NCBI GenBank assembly: GCA_964508365.1
Contig: CAZDTP010000020.1
Location: 1-61,604, forward strand
Direction of reading: 5' to 3'
From: an uncultured archaeon
GTDB taxonomy: Archaea; Asgardarchaeota; Lokiarchaeia; Sigyniarchaeales; SOKP01
Length of the DNA: 61,604 nt
Shown here: positions 40,071-51,430 of the stretch, piece by piece
Numbering within the stretch: the stretch's first letter is position 1
Layout: each line of letters opens with the position of its first letter
Position numbers and translations under genes: made by a program
Notes under the pieces: generated by a model
What the model was told of the DNA's origin: nothing
What the model saw: the letters and a program-made list of their open reading frames with translations, nothing else
Database searches by the model: none

Positions 40071-42110
40071 TTATAAAGAAATCTGTGTAGTGAGTAAATC
40101 TTCATTTTTTGAAGAAGATCCAATGTAAATAGTATATTCGATACTCTCGACTTCCCATACTCTATTATCCGGATTATACCATGCTAAATCTTTCTTCCTC
40201 ACATCAAATGATACAGTCTTTGTTTCTGTAGGTTTTAAAGCGACTCTCTTAAATCCGCGTAACAGTTTTAAGGGACGATCAACGCTAGAATTCTCAAAAC
40301 CTACATATAACTGTACAATCTGTTCACCAGCAATAGCTCCAATATTTGAAACATTCACACTAACAATAATTTTCTCTTCAGCTGATTCTACTCGGATATT
40401 TTCATATAAATATTCAGTATAACTCAACCCAAATCCAAAAGGGAATGCGGGTTCAATCTTTTCCTTTTCCATCAAAGTATACCCGTGATAATAACCGTAT
40501 TCAATCTCATCAACATATATATCGAAAAATGGTAAATGAGCTTGATCTTTGGGAATAGTAAATGGTAATTTTCCACTTGGATTAACTTCACCGAAAAGAA
40601 TATTTGCTAATGCATGCCCTCCTTCCATCCCGGAATACCAAGCCATTAGTATTGAAGGAACCTTTTCTTTCCATTCTTCCATAAGGATCGCACTTCCTCC
40701 AACCAGCACAACTACACATTTTTTGTTTACTTTTGCGATAGCTTCGATTAGTTTAATGTCATCCTTTTTTAATCCAAGATTAATTCGGTCTCCTAATCCT
40801 TTTGAAATAAGAGGAATATATTCTCCTTCATCTTTAGAAGTGTAACCAACCACTAAAACGACAGCATCTACACTTTGGGCAAGTTGTTGAGCAATATCAA
40901 CATCATTACCTTCGTTATGAATTATGTTTATTTTATTCCCAACACTGTTTTTTATCCCTTGTAAGGGGGTAATAATATTTTTCTGACGAACATGGCTACT
41001 TCCATGATCGCCCGTATTTTTCATATCAGCTAAAGGTCCAAACACTGCCAAAGTATCCATCTCATTCGTATTTAATGGTAGAAGCTTGTCTTGATTTTTG
41101 AGTAGAACCATGCTCTTTTCAGCAACTTCACGAGCTAAGAGAACGTGATTATCGCAACCGATTAAGTCTGAGTCATAATTTTGAGGATCTTCTTTTGTGG
41201 TAAACTTTAATGTCGTACGAAGTATTCTTCTTACGGAATCATCCACGAGATTTAAAGGAATTTTTCCTAATTTTATCACCTTTTCTAATTTTTTCCCGTA
41301 ATATTTAGCACGGGGCATCTCAACATCTAAACCTCCCAAGATGCCCTTAGCAGTATCTCTAAGACCGTTCATCCAATCTGAGTGGACAAAACCTTCAAAT
41401 CCCCATTCATCCTTTAATATATCTCGTAATAAATATGAATTATGACCGCAATATTCGCCTCGGACTTTGTTATATGCCGACATAATAGTAGCGCATCCCT
41501 CTTCAACACAGCGTTTAAAATGAGGTAAATAAACTTCTCTTAATGTCCTTTCACTTATTTGGACATCGACTTTAAACCGTGAATGTTCTATGCTATTAGC
41601 GGCATAATGTTTAGCTGTAGCCATTACATTATGTTTTTGAACTCCACGAACTAACGCAACTCCAAATTCCCCAAGGTGAAATGGATCTTCCCCGTAAGTT
41701 TCTTGAGCTCTTCCCCAACCTGGATGGCGTAAGAGATTTATGCAAACACCTCCAAAAAGATTAGCTCCGTGAGCACGGACCTCCTTCCCAATAACTTCAC
41801 CTATTTTTTCTTCAAGTAATATGTCCCATGATGCACCTCGAGCCATAGATACTGGAAAACAGGTCGATCCTGGTATAATAACCCCCCGTGGTCCATCAGT
41901 AAATAAAAATGGAGGGATCCCTAATCGTTTAACGCCGCCACCAGGATATGGACGCACCCCAAATTTACGATCTTTTAATAACAATAAGTAAAAATTCTTT
42001 CCTGACATAGTTGCAACTTTTTCTTTTAGTGTCATCATATCTAAAGCTTCTTTGACAACATCATTAATATTTTCTTCCGTCATACCTTTTCTAATATCTA
42101 ACTCATCCAA
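40071..42110 (-). CDS. Glycoside hydrolase family 3 (beta-glucosidase-like)
   Basis: Motifs TDGPRG, GRAQETYGEDP, KHY, MSAYN, SDW and SGKLPFT, with an FnIII-like C-terminal domain. Confidence 0.93.
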   Translation of the reverse strand: MDELDIRKGMTEENINDVVKEALDMMTLKEKVATMSGKNFYLLLLKDRKFGVRPYPGGGVKRLGIPPFLFTDGPRGVIIPGSTCFPVSMARGASWDILLEEKIGEVIGKEVRAHGANLFGGVCINLLRHPGWGRAQETYGEDPFHLGEFGVALVRGVQKHNVMATAKHYAANSIEHSRFKVDVQISERTLREVYLPHFKRCVEEGCATIMSAYNKVRGEYCGHNSYLLRDILKDEWGFEGFVHSDWMNGLRDTAKGILGGLDVEMPRAKYYGKKLEKVIKLGKIPLNLVDDSVRRILRTTLKFTTKEDPQNYDSDLIGCDNHVLLAREVAEKSMVLLKNQDKLLPLNTNEMDTLAVFGPLADMKNTGDHGSSHVRQKNIITPLQGIKNSVGNKINIIHNEGNDVDIAQQLAQSVDAVVLVVGYTSKDEGEYIPLISKGLGDRINLGLKKDDIKLIEAIAKVNKKCVVVLVGGSAILMEEWKEKVPSILMAWYSGMEGGHALANILFGEVNPSGKLPFTIPKDQAHLPFFDIYVDEIEYGYYHGYTLMEKEKIEPAFPFGFGLSYTEYLYENIRVESAEEKIIVSVNVSNIGAIAGEQIVQLYVGFENSSVDRPLKLLRGFKRVALKPTETKTVSFDVRKKDLAWYNPDNRVWEVESIEYTIYIGSSSKNEDLLTTQISL

Positions 42111-42180
42111 TAAAACTCACCTAATATTTCAAAAGATTATAACTTTAATAATTAACATAACGATTTTTTAGTTTATTAAC

Positions 42181-43635
42181 TTAATAGAAGAATTTCCATT
42201 CATTTCTGTCCAAACTATCAATTAAGTTTAAAACAACTTTTGCTAAATCAGCATCTTTCTTCATAAGTTCCTTCAATTCCAATAAAAGGTTTTCTTCTCC
42301 GAACTTAAGAATAGAAAAAGCTGCCAGTTTTTTAAGATTTTTGTCCTCTAAACTCTGGAGATTTTCTAAGCAAATAACAACAAGCTCTTTGATTTGTAAA
42401 TCTATAATTAGCTTGAGGATCATCTCCTTCTTTTTCAATAGAGCATTTTTATCATCTGGAGTTTTTACTGTAGAAAGCTTTAAAATTTTTATGAATTCAT
42501 TTTTAAGATCCTGCCACTTTTCAAGCATTTCAGGATTATCAATGAGAGACTCTCGAATAAATTCCAATGACCACTTATCCCCCTCATTTAGTAAATTCAC
42601 GATCAATTCTTGGTTGATAAGATTTGATTTCTGCATGTCATTAATGAGACTCCCATCGACGATCTGAAAATTTCTTACATTTTCAATGATTAAATCTTCC
42701 CAGTTCTCAATATTTTCTTTTAGTACAAAAATTGCCTTTAAAATTTCTGATATGAAATTAGGGTTTTTGCTTTCCTCCAATTTTCTTAAGATAACTGATA
42801 AGAACTTGTTGTTATTATAATATCTCTTCGCAATAAGAGATAAAGAACCGTATGGACATCTTAAAGAATTTACAAATTCGAGAGTTTCTTCCTCAAGTGA
42901 TAGTCCTAATATTGCACCAACCCTGAAAATGCTTTCTTGAAGTGATTTTACATTTTTTAAGAATTCTTGATCCGTAATCTTATCTTCATTTATTTGAGCT
43001 AGGTAAGATTTAAAGAGACTTGTAATTTCATTTAATTCGGAAACATTTCCTTCTTGAGAAAGGTTTTCGAAAGATTTAACCATTTGATTTTTAAGATGAA
43101 AATCCCTTATGCTTGTGTTATTAGCGAGTCTCAAAATTAACGATTCTACATTTGGGGCAGCAGTTTTAGAAACCACATTTTCAATCAGATCAGAAACCAC
43201 ACTGTCTGTCACTTTATCAAAAGATAAGCAATACTCAAAAGCGGGTTTGAAGCTTAATTTTTTGTTTAATTCGCAAATCCTCCTAACGTGGTGTTCGCGT
43301 AGCGAAGTTCGAAGTTCAACTAAATCGCCATAATAGCTGATTTCTCTACTATCATTTAAAACTTCTAATATTATCTCTTGAATTCTTTTTATTCTCTCCT
43401 CTTCATAAACAGAAGTTTCCTCTAAAACATGATGCAAACCTAGAAAACTCCACGCTCTCAATATGACTTCATTTGTATCAAAAAGCTCAAACAAGAGATT
43501 GAAATCTTTTCTATTAACTAGAGGCTTGAATATATTTTTATAGATCGATGTTAAATTTGCTTTTGGACTTAGTTCTACTGGTGCATATCCCTTCCTTAAT
43601 TTATCAATGATTTTTTGCTTAAATGAACTACTCAT
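42181..43635 (-). CDS. Hypothetical alpha-helical (HEAT/ARM-like) protein
   Basis: 484-aa ORF made of Leu-rich amphipathic helices. Confidence 0.65.
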   Translation of the reverse strand: MSSSFKQKIIDKLRKGYAPVELSPKANLTSIYKNIFKPLVNRKDFNLLFELFDTNEVILRAWSFLGLHHVLEETSVYEEERIKRIQEIILEVLNDSREISYYGDLVELRTSLREHHVRRICELNKKLSFKPAFEYCLSFDKVTDSVVSDLIENVVSKTAAPNVESLILRLANNTSIRDFHLKNQMVKSFENLSQEGNVSELNEITSLFKSYLAQINEDKITDQEFLKNVKSLQESIFRVGAILGLSLEEETLEFVNSLRCPYGSLSLIAKRYYNNNKFLSVILRKLEESKNPNFISEILKAIFVLKENIENWEDLIIENVRNFQIVDGSLINDMQKSNLINQELIVNLLNEGDKWSLEFIRESLIDNPEMLEKWQDLKNEFIKILKLSTVKTPDDKNALLKKKEMILKLIIDLQIKELVVICLENLQSLEDKNLKKLAAFSILKFGEENLLLELKELMKKDADLAKVVLNLIDSLDRNEWKFFY

Positions 43636-43709
43636 ATAGCTTCAATATTTAGTATTTATATTTATTTTTCAATTTTTCAATAGCGAATTTTTATTTAACA
43701 TTGTGATTT

Positions 43710-45002
43710 TTGACTAAGTACTCATGTTTTAAATATAGAATATTGATAAAAATGTTTGATAATAATTATATGTATAAATTTATTGAAGATGTCTGCAATG
43801 AAATTGGTCCTCGGGAATCAGGTACAGAACAGGAAATATTAGCTGGCAACAGAGTAGAATCAGAATTGAAAAAGTTTTGCGACGAAACACACCAAGAGTC
43901 ATACACTAGTAGCCCTCATGCCTTTTTAGGAGGAATTAGATATGGAGCACTTATTGTATTAATAGCTGGAGTCTTTTTTTGGATATCGTTGTTAGGTGAT
44001 CTTAGTGTTATTAATCTAAATCCCATTTTTGATATCCTTTTCTTAATTTTAGCATTAATCTTAATAGGAGTTACTATAAGCTACTTTATTCTAGAAGTAA
44101 TGAAATACCATGAAACATTTGATTTTCTCTTTCCCAAACGCGAATCAAACAACATAATTGGAACTATCAATCCAAAAAATGACATTAAAAACACTGTAAT
44201 CTTCTCTGCGCATCACGATTCAGCCTTTGAGTTTAATACATTTTATTATTTGAAGCGATTTGGACAAATAATAATAAATGTAGGATATTTAGGGGTTGCA
44301 ATAATTTTTGTAGCTATATTGTTAAAGTTGATATTTTTACTTTTATCGGTTGAACAACCTATTCTATTTTTGGTCTTTGGTGTTATCTTTATATTTTTCA
44401 TACCAATCATTTTAGTTTACATTTTTTTCCATAGCTATAAACCTGTACTTGGTGCGTTCGATAACCTATCTGGAGTTTCTATATTATTAGGAATCGCAAA
44501 ATTTTTATCTGAGAATAAGAACAATAGTGAAATCTTCCCAAAATACACCAGAGTTCATTTAATTTCTTTCGCAGGTGAGGAAGCCGGTTTAAGAGGCGCT
44601 AAACGATACGTAAAAACACATTATAACGAATTGGTTTCAAATCAAACTACAATTGTTAATATGGATAGTATTGCTAAAAGAGATTTTATTGTAATCCATA
44701 ATAAAGAATCTGGGATAGGAGCTAAGCACGATCTAGTTGTATTTGAAACCCTCTTAGAAATAGCTCAGAACTTGAATCTTAATGCGAAATTATTACCGCT
44801 CCCATTTGGTGCAACTGATGGAGCAGTTTTTAGCAAAAAGAATATTCCTGCTGCCTCAATCGGTGGTTTGAATTTAAAAGAAGAGCTAGCACCATACTAT
44901 CACACTAGAAACGATACCCCAGCTGTAATTGAAAAAGAAGCTTTAGGTCAATTCGCCCAAATTTGTGTAGAGTATCTAAAATTCATAGATAACAAAAGTT
45001 AA
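43710..45002 (+). CDS. M28-family peptidase with membrane insertions
   Basis: Motifs SAHHDS, GAFDNLSG, GEEAGLRG, NMD and YHT..D. The true start may be a downstream ATG. Confidence 0.87.
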   Translation: MTKYSCFKYRILIKMFDNNYMYKFIEDVCNEIGPRESGTEQEILAGNRVESELKKFCDETHQESYTSSPHAFLGGIRYGALIVLIAGVFFWISLLGDLSVINLNPIFDILFLILALILIGVTISYFILEVMKYHETFDFLFPKRESNNIIGTINPKNDIKNTVIFSAHHDSAFEFNTFYYLKRFGQIIINVGYLGVAIIFVAILLKLIFLLLSVEQPILFLVFGVIFIFFIPIILVYIFFHSYKPVLGAFDNLSGVSILLGIAKFLSENKNNSEIFPKYTRVHLISFAGEEAGLRGAKRYVKTHYNELVSNQTTIVNMDSIAKRDFIVIHNKESGIGAKHDLVVFETLLEIAQNLNLNAKLLPLPFGATDGAVFSKKNIPAASIGGLNLKEELAPYYHTRNDTPAVIEKEALGQFAQICVEYLKFIDNKS

Positions 45003-45039
45003 ATCATTCTTTATACATTGTTTTTACTTTATTTTTTTT

Positions 45040-45438
45040 TTAGTAGAGGAAAATTATTTTTCGAATATAATCTTCCATATTTTCTAAGATGACATTAAAA
45101 TTAGATGCGTAATTTAAATCAAAGACTAAGAAAGTTTTCTCGTCACATTCAATAATAACAATAGTCTGAGTTCCTAACTCTGCGATTATTTTAGCTGCTT
45201 TTTGATCTCCCATTGTACGGCCTAGACTTATAGCACTTTCTAAGACCGATGCGCACATGGATGTGAAGTTATCAATATCAATTTTTTCTTTAAAATTTTC
45301 CATTATAAGATCTCCATCGCGGTATGCGAATAATACACCTAATAAATTTCCATTTTCTTTAATTAGGTCCATAATTTGACTTAATTTTTTAACCTTTTCA
45401 GTTTTTGGAAGTTCTAAATCATCCATATTTAACTTCAT
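45040..45438 (-). CDS. Roadblock/LC7 domain protein
   Basis: Pattern GVLFAYRDGDLI..., SMCASVLESA and IIAELG..TIVI. Confidence 0.8.
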   Translation of the reverse strand: MKLNMDDLELPKTEKVKKLSQIMDLIKENGNLLGVLFAYRDGDLIMENFKEKIDIDNFTSMCASVLESAISLGRTMGDQKAAKIIAELGTQTIVIIECDEKTFLVFDLNYASNFNVILENMEDYIRKIIFLY

Positions 45439-45466
45439 ACTCAGTTTTCAATAGATAATTTAATTA

Positions 45467-46906
45467 ATGAGACTTAAAATTTTAATATATATGAATGAAG
45501 AAAGCTCTTCTAGCGGTAAAAATGATTTGAAGGAATTAATCTGTGGTACCAATGAAAAGTTTATTAAAGAGGATTTAATCCGTTTTTTAAAAATTCCAAG
45601 TTATACTTCAAATAAAGAAGCAATTAAAGAAGCTAAAGATTTTATTATTATGTACATTTCTAATTTTTGCGAAAAAATTACAAAAATCGAAGGGGAAATT
45701 AATCCATTACTGTTAGCGGAAGTTGATGGAGATATCAAAGATCGATTATTAATCTACATGATGTACGATACCCAACCTGTGAATAAAGAGAAAGAATGGA
45801 TTAAGAATCCTTTTGGAGCGGAATTTATTGATTTACCGAAACCTTTAGATAAATTAGGCAAGGTTATTATTGCTAGAGGAGCATACAATTCAAAAACTCC
45901 TTTATTATGCTTTTTAAATGTGGTGAAACTTTTAAAAGAAGAAGAAAAGCTTCCTATATCATTACTGCTTTTAATAGATGGGGAAGAAGAACTAGGTTCA
46001 CCCACACTATTAAATACTCTTAAAATAAAAAAGAATATGTTTAATTCGTGCATAGATGCATATTATCCTTCTATAAAACAAGATTTAAATGGGATTTCAG
46101 TTTTAAAGCTCGGTTATAAAGGTATTTTATCTTTAACCATTAAAGTTTCATCATCCAATGCAGAATCTCACTCTGCCTTTAGTTCGATGATACCTAATCC
46201 TGCTCAAGATTTGATATTCGTTCTTAATGGTATTTATTCAGAAAATAAATTCAAAATTAATTCATTAAGCGTACCTTACAAGATGACAAAAAAGGAGAAC
46301 AAAATTATAGAGGATTTAATGGAAAGTATTGATTTAGGAATTATAAAAGAAAAAGCAGGAATTAGACAAACTCATAAGGATGATCCTAAGGTGAATTTTA
46401 TCGATTACTTATTTAATCCAACTTTCAATATCTCTACTCTAAAATCTGGTTATTTAGAAAATGGAGTAAAAAATATGGTAGCTAACAAGGCAGAGTGTAA
46501 TATTGACATTAGATTTGCTCACGATGTATCAGTAAATTTGATTTTTGAAGAAATTAAAAAGAAAGTTAATGATTTAACGAGAAATTTAAAATCCCGCTTC
46601 GAAATCGTTCAAAACATGGGTTACGATAGATCAAAAGTTAGAGAAAATTCAATTTTAGTAAAAAGCCTTGTAGACAGTTTTAAAGAACTCGGATTCACTA
46701 CCCAGATTTGGCCGATTAGCGCAGCGGCAGCACCACTAAGTCAAATACAAAGCCAATTGGGATTGAACTTTATAGTTGGCGGTTTAGGTATTGGAGGATA
46801 TGCACATGCTCCAAATGAATTCGTTCAGGTAAATTCGATTCAAAATACAAGACTTTCAAATTATTTATTTCTAAAAAATTACACTTATCTTTATAATGAG
46901 GTGTAG
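45467..46906 (+). CDS. M20/M25/M40-family metallopeptidase (ArgE/DapE-like)
   Basis: Motifs YDTQP, ARGAYNSK, DGEEELGS and HAPNE. Confidence 0.87.
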   Translation: MRLKILIYMNEESSSSGKNDLKELICGTNEKFIKEDLIRFLKIPSYTSNKEAIKEAKDFIIMYISNFCEKITKIEGEINPLLLAEVDGDIKDRLLIYMMYDTQPVNKEKEWIKNPFGAEFIDLPKPLDKLGKVIIARGAYNSKTPLLCFLNVVKLLKEEEKLPISLLLLIDGEEELGSPTLLNTLKIKKNMFNSCIDAYYPSIKQDLNGISVLKLGYKGILSLTIKVSSSNAESHSAFSSMIPNPAQDLIFVLNGIYSENKFKINSLSVPYKMTKKENKIIEDLMESIDLGIIKEKAGIRQTHKDDPKVNFIDYLFNPTFNISTLKSGYLENGVKNMVANKAECNIDIRFAHDVSVNLIFEEIKKKVNDLTRNLKSRFEIVQNMGYDRSKVRENSILVKSLVDSFKELGFTTQIWPISAAAAPLSQIQSQLGLNFIVGGLGIGGYAHAPNEFVQVNSIQNTRLSNYLFLKNYTYLYNEV

Positions 46907-47158
46907 TCTAGTACGAATGAAAAAGTCCACCAAATCCTCGTAGCTTTGGTTTGATTGCTTTTTTAGGACTCAATTAAAATATGACTTTAACGACAAAAAC
47001 GATATTAATTATAACTATCTAAAGCATTAACAAATTAGGTAAAATTTGTTTCGGAAACAATTAATATTTTAATAAGTGACTTTTATTATTATTATAATTA
47101 TACTTTAAAATACGATTCTAACAAAATTATATGGAAAATTGATCACTAATATAATTCA

Positions 47159-47740
47159 ATGACGCTCGAGGAAGACCAAAATTTGGACGATGAAAAAAAC
47201 GAAAGAGAAACCGATGTAATGTTTAAAGTTTGCTTATTCGGAGATGGTGGTGTAGGTAAGACCACACTACTAGGTAGATATCTTACTGGCGTTTTTAAGT
47301 CCACAACCACTATCACGATTGGTGTTGATTTTCATGTTAAAAAAATAGATGTCGATGGCAAAAAAGTTCTACTTCAAATTTGGGACTTTGCTGGAGAAAA
47401 TCGCTTTAGGTTCCTATTGCCGAGCTATGTTTTAGGTGCATCAGGAGGAATTTTTATGTATGACATAACGCGGTATTCTAGCTTGAAAAATTTTCCTGAA
47501 TGGATTAACATCTTTAAAAAAGGTTTTATTGGAGCCAATAATAAACCTTTACCAATAATTATGGTCGGAGGAAAATTAGATTTAAGCTTTAAACGAGCAG
47601 TTCCAAGCAATGAAGCGTTTGATTTGGCAAAACATCATAAGTTATATGGGTATATTGAATGTTCTGCAAAAGATGGAAGAAATATCAAAGACATTTTTAA
47701 TGAAATTGCTAAATTGATGCTTCATAGAGCCGGATTATGA
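47159..47740 (+). CDS. Rab-like small GTPase
   Basis: Motifs GDGGVGKTT, TIGVDF, WDFAGE, GGKLD and CSAK. Confidence 0.93.
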   Translation: MTLEEDQNLDDEKNERETDVMFKVCLFGDGGVGKTTLLGRYLTGVFKSTTTITIGVDFHVKKIDVDGKKVLLQIWDFAGENRFRFLLPSYVLGASGGIFMYDITRYSSLKNFPEWINIFKKGFIGANNKPLPIIMVGGKLDLSFKRAVPSNEAFDLAKHHKLYGYIECSAKDGRNIKDIFNEIAKLMLHRAGL

Positions 47741-47743
47741 CAC

Positions 47744-48589
47744 TCAAGGCAAAAATATTTCTTTCAGCGAATTGATTACAATATTAGGAATTAATCCTAT
47801 TTCTGCTTCAGGAGAACAATCCTTATCTCCCCACAATTTTTCAACATCAGATGCTTTTGTCACACCCGTCAATACGAGAACTGTATTAATACCCGCGCGA
47901 TTACCCGCTAAAATATCTGTGTTTAAGCGATCTCCAAAGATGAAAGAACGGCTAGGATTCGAATTTGTGTTCTCTAATATCGATTGAATCCCTTCAGGGT
48001 TTGGTTTCCCAAAAATCTTAACGGGTTTTTGGTCAGTACAAGTTTCAACAGCGTTCACCATTACACCTGCACCTGGTAGCAAACCTGTCGCCACAGGCAA
48101 GGTAGCATCCGCATTAGTAGCGTAAAATTTAGCGCTTCCTTCTAAAATACACCTCTGAGCGAAAGCTAGCTTTACATAAGTAAGTTCTCTATCCAGACCA
48201 ACAATCACGAAGTCAACTACCTTGTGATTCGATTCAGCGTTAACGACCTCATGGCCACAGCTTTTTAGTTCTTCTTTTAATCCTATTTCTCCGATTACAA
48301 AAATTTTTGCGTTCTGCTTTACCTTAGTAATTTCACTTGCTGTGATCGAAGCACTCGTATAAAAATCTAAAATATCGCTTTTAATATTAAATCCTTTAAG
48401 GCGGTCTACATACATTTGCCTGGTAACTGTGGAATTATTGGAATTATAGACAACTTTAACCCCAAGTTCTTTTAATGCTGTAATCACTTTATCGTTGCCA
48501 GATATTAGCTTTTCTCCTCTGTAGATAACTCCGTCTAAGTCAAAAATCGCTAATTCGATATCCTTAAGCTGTTCAATTAATTTTCGCAT
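47744..48589 (-). CDS. HAD-IIA (NagD-like) phosphatase
   Basis: Motifs DLDGVI, SNNS, ATNAD, GKP and GDRLNTDI. Confidence 0.92.
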   Translation of the reverse strand: MRKLIEQLKDIELAIFDLDGVIYRGEKLISGNDKVITALKELGVKVVYNSNNSTVTRQMYVDRLKGFNIKSDILDFYTSASITASEITKVKQNAKIFVIGEIGLKEELKSCGHEVVNAESNHKVVDFVIVGLDRELTYVKLAFAQRCILEGSAKFYATNADATLPVATGLLPGAGVMVNAVETCTDQKPVKIFGKPNPEGIQSILENTNSNPSRSFIFGDRLNTDILAGNRAGINTVLVLTGVTKASDVEKLWGDKDCSPEAEIGLIPNIVINSLKEIFLP

Positions 48590-48633
48590 TATAAATTAAT
48601 AAGGTACTATCTCCTGGTTGATGTGTAATTTGT

Positions 48634-49779
48634 TTAAAACCATCCAATAGGTAATCCTAATAGAAAAACGAGGAATTGTATACCTATCGGTATAAAAATA
48701 GGATTCAATAAGTTATCTGCTGTAACAGCTGGTAAGTAGTCAGTTAAAAAGAAGATTAAAGTGGCCATTAAAGCATACACCGGTCCTACAAAGACAAAAC
48801 CAATAATATAGGCGACTATAACTCCCGCAACAAAGCCCTCTACTGATTTTACTTCTCCATGTCTAAGCATAATTTTGTGTTTTCCATACTTTTTACCAAT
48901 TATTGCGGCAGTAGCGTCGGCTAAACACGCTATAAGGATTCCAGCAAAAAAAACGAAAATATGAATGATCCCAGCCATATATAACATATAGGAAAAGATA
49001 AAACCCGTAATGATGTAAATTTGTGGTCCCGCTGCGTTCTTTTCTTTGTTTCTCAACATAGATTTAGTTAAAAAATTAAAAATTGAATATTCGGGTCCCC
49101 AAACGATTCGAATTATATCTGATGCAATAGCAAACGCTAACGCACCAATTAACGCAAACATGGTAATCTCAACCACTGCTTGAAAATCTCCAAATCCAAA
49201 AGGATAATTAATAAGATCCCCCCATAAAAAATTGTATGAAAGCTCAAGCTGCTGAATCATAATAATGCTACCGTCATTTATTAAGGAGGCCACTGGCGGT
49301 AATGATAGAAATCCAAAGAACGCAATAAGTAATAAAAGTCCTGAAAGATGGAAACTTTTTCGAATTAACTCAATCTTAAAAGGGATATCAACTTTATAGG
49401 GGTTTTCTTGAGTCATCCTTATGATATATCTTCTTAAAATCGATTCTTTTTTTAACCTAACCTCACCATTATCTGTTTCTCCCCTCATCCTCTTGATATC
49501 AATCTTAATAATAGTTGTAAAGATGAGGTTCGCTATAAGAATCATTCCAATCCACCACACCATAAATCCCATGTAAGGATAAGTAAAAAATCCAACTACG
49601 GAGTTGTAATATCCAAAAATTAAGTAGCATACGCCACATAGAATTGAAGATATTCCCCCATAAGAATTTTTGGCTCTATAACCCTTCACTCCAATATAAT
49701 ACATCAAGCTCATTAGAACGAAGAAAAATAATGTAAAAGTTGTGTTATAAAGATTCTCTACAAAAACCCAATAATCCAT
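48634..49779 (-). CDS. Polyprenol/phytol kinase-like (SEC59/CTP-transferase family) membrane protein
   Basis: Motifs RKSFH, AD..AAIIGKKYG, KSVEG and DN, with an extra N-terminal TM bundle. Confidence 0.78.
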   Translation of the reverse strand: MDYWVFVENLYNTTFTLFFFVLMSLMYYIGVKGYRAKNSYGGISSILCGVCYLIFGYYNSVVGFFTYPYMGFMVWWIGMILIANLIFTTIIKIDIKRMRGETDNGEVRLKKESILRRYIIRMTQENPYKVDIPFKIELIRKSFHLSGLLLLIAFFGFLSLPPVASLINDGSIIMIQQLELSYNFLWGDLINYPFGFGDFQAVVEITMFALIGALAFAIASDIIRIVWGPEYSIFNFLTKSMLRNKEKNAAGPQIYIITGFIFSYMLYMAGIIHIFVFFAGILIACLADATAAIIGKKYGKHKIMLRHGEVKSVEGFVAGVIVAYIIGFVFVGPVYALMATLIFFLTDYLPAVTADNLLNPIFIPIGIQFLVFLLGLPIGWF

Positions 49780-49874
49780 GATAGCAATTTAATTGGTTTT
49801 TTTAATTATTTTTATAATTAACTATTAAATAATTATTCTTTGGTTTGTTATATTAAATTATTAACAAAAATTAA

Positions 49875-50447
49875 TTGTATATTTTGATGAATATGGATGA
49901 TTTAAAGAAAGAAAAAACCGAAGGCTTAGATTTTCAATATTTGGGGGATGTCCTTGACAAAAAAAAGGAACTTGGTAATAAATACCTCACTCCTGGATTT
50001 GGATTAGCGGGCCAATTATTTGCAACGGTAGCAAAACATGTTATTAAGAAATTAGGCCCCGAAGAAGGCGAAGCTCTTCTTAAAGATGCAATTGAAGAAT
50101 TTGGACTTGAAAGAGGTAAGCGAATAGCAAAAAAAGTGAAAGCAGAGAAAAAATCGTTATCCTTAAAGAATTGGTTGATTTATACGGATATTGACTCTTT
50201 TGAAAACTTTCGCCCTATCAGTAGCACACCTAATGGCGATTTTGTAGTGAAAATTAAACACTGTACGTTTATTAATGCTGCTAAAGAATGGAACCTAGAT
50301 GAATATGCAAAAATTTATTGCAAATACGTAGATTATAAAATTCTTGAAGGATACAATCCTGATGTGAAACTTGTTCTCGAATCTCGACATGATACCGAAG
50401 CTAATCGTTGCGTGTTTCGTTATGTTATGAAGGAAGAAAACAAATAA
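49875..50447 (+). CDS. L-2-amino-thiazoline-4-carboxylic acid hydrolase-like protein
   Basis: Pattern FG.ERG.RIA, C.F...KE...YC.YVD..I..GYNP and C.F. The true start may be a downstream ATG. Confidence 0.75.
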   Translation: MYILMNMDDLKKEKTEGLDFQYLGDVLDKKKELGNKYLTPGFGLAGQLFATVAKHVIKKLGPEEGEALLKDAIEEFGLERGKRIAKKVKAEKKSLSLKNWLIYTDIDSFENFRPISSTPNGDFVVKIKHCTFINAAKEWNLDEYAKIYCKYVDYKILEGYNPDVKLVLESRHDTEANRCVFRYVMKEENK

Positions 50448-51055
50448 CCTATTAACAACATAAATTAATGTGAATATTTTGTTAGATTTTTTATCAAAAA
50501 TACAACCTATAACCATTCTGTATATTTTACGGGATATCCCGAATCTGCGTTTGTGAACAAATTAATTCGAAGTTCTAAGGTCAAATCAAATACTAAAATT
50601 TATACTTTATTTGGAAAAGATTATCATATTATTAACTTGATTGGTTTGAAATGATCTCTAAGATGTTAAAAAATATCTAATAACATTATTTTCACAAGTA
50701 AGGCAGATAAACATACCCTTTGTAATTAGTTCAACCCAACTTATAGATGCTGCTATTACACCAGAGAATATAGTGATATTGATTGAAATAACTAAAGGTT
50801 TTAAAACTATTTAAAGATAAAATTATAACGCTAGGTCAAGATTAAAGGTATAGCAAGGCGTATATCTTTATCTACATATTATAAACTTTAATATACCAAT
50901 AATATCCAAGATTTTTATATACATAACGAATAAAAAATAAATAAATAAATACGATAAATCTATTTAAATTATAAGCCTTAAATAATCTCAATTGTATTCT
51001 ATTATATTATATTATATTTATCTAATAAAAATCAATATTTACAGAGAAGGAGAAA

Positions 51056-51430
51056 TTGTCAGTAATGGAATCTGTCGATACCTTAGATGATCTTTTGAAA
51101 AAATTACTTGGAGCAATTCCAGAAGTAAAATCTGCCGCAATTGTGTCTGCTGAAGGTCTTCCTATTGCCTCTGCACTCCCTCAAGGAGTAGATGAAACAC
51201 GCATAGCTGCCATGACTGCTGCTTTACTCTCCTTATCCGAAAGAGCAATTATAGAGATGGGAAAAGGTGACTTTGACCAGCTTTACATAAAAGGAAGTGA
51301 AGGATACCTTCTTGTTATGCAAGCAGGTCCAAACGCGGTTTTGACCGTTTCTACAACTAAGGACGTTCGGCTTGGGTTAATCCTGTTAGATTGCAGGAGG
51401 ACGTGCGAAAAAATAGCTCAGTTGATTTAA
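51056..51430 (+). CDS. Roadblock/LC7 domain protein
   Basis: Motifs VSAEGLPIAS, RIAAMTAALLSL and GPNAVL. Confidence 0.9.
   Translation: MSVMESVDTLDDLLKKLLGAIPEVKSAAIVSAEGLPIASALPQGVDETRIAAMTAALLSLSERAIIEMGKGDFDQLYIKGSEGYLLVMQAGPNAVLTVSTTKDVRLGLILLDCRRTCEKIAQLI

Noticed and set aside
50470-50830. Start-less open frames between the ATC-hydrolase-like gene and the Roadblock gene (…VYFTGYPESAFVNKLIR…)
   Set aside because: There is a faint resemblance to an SDR N-terminus, but it is too weak to call a pseudogene without a search.
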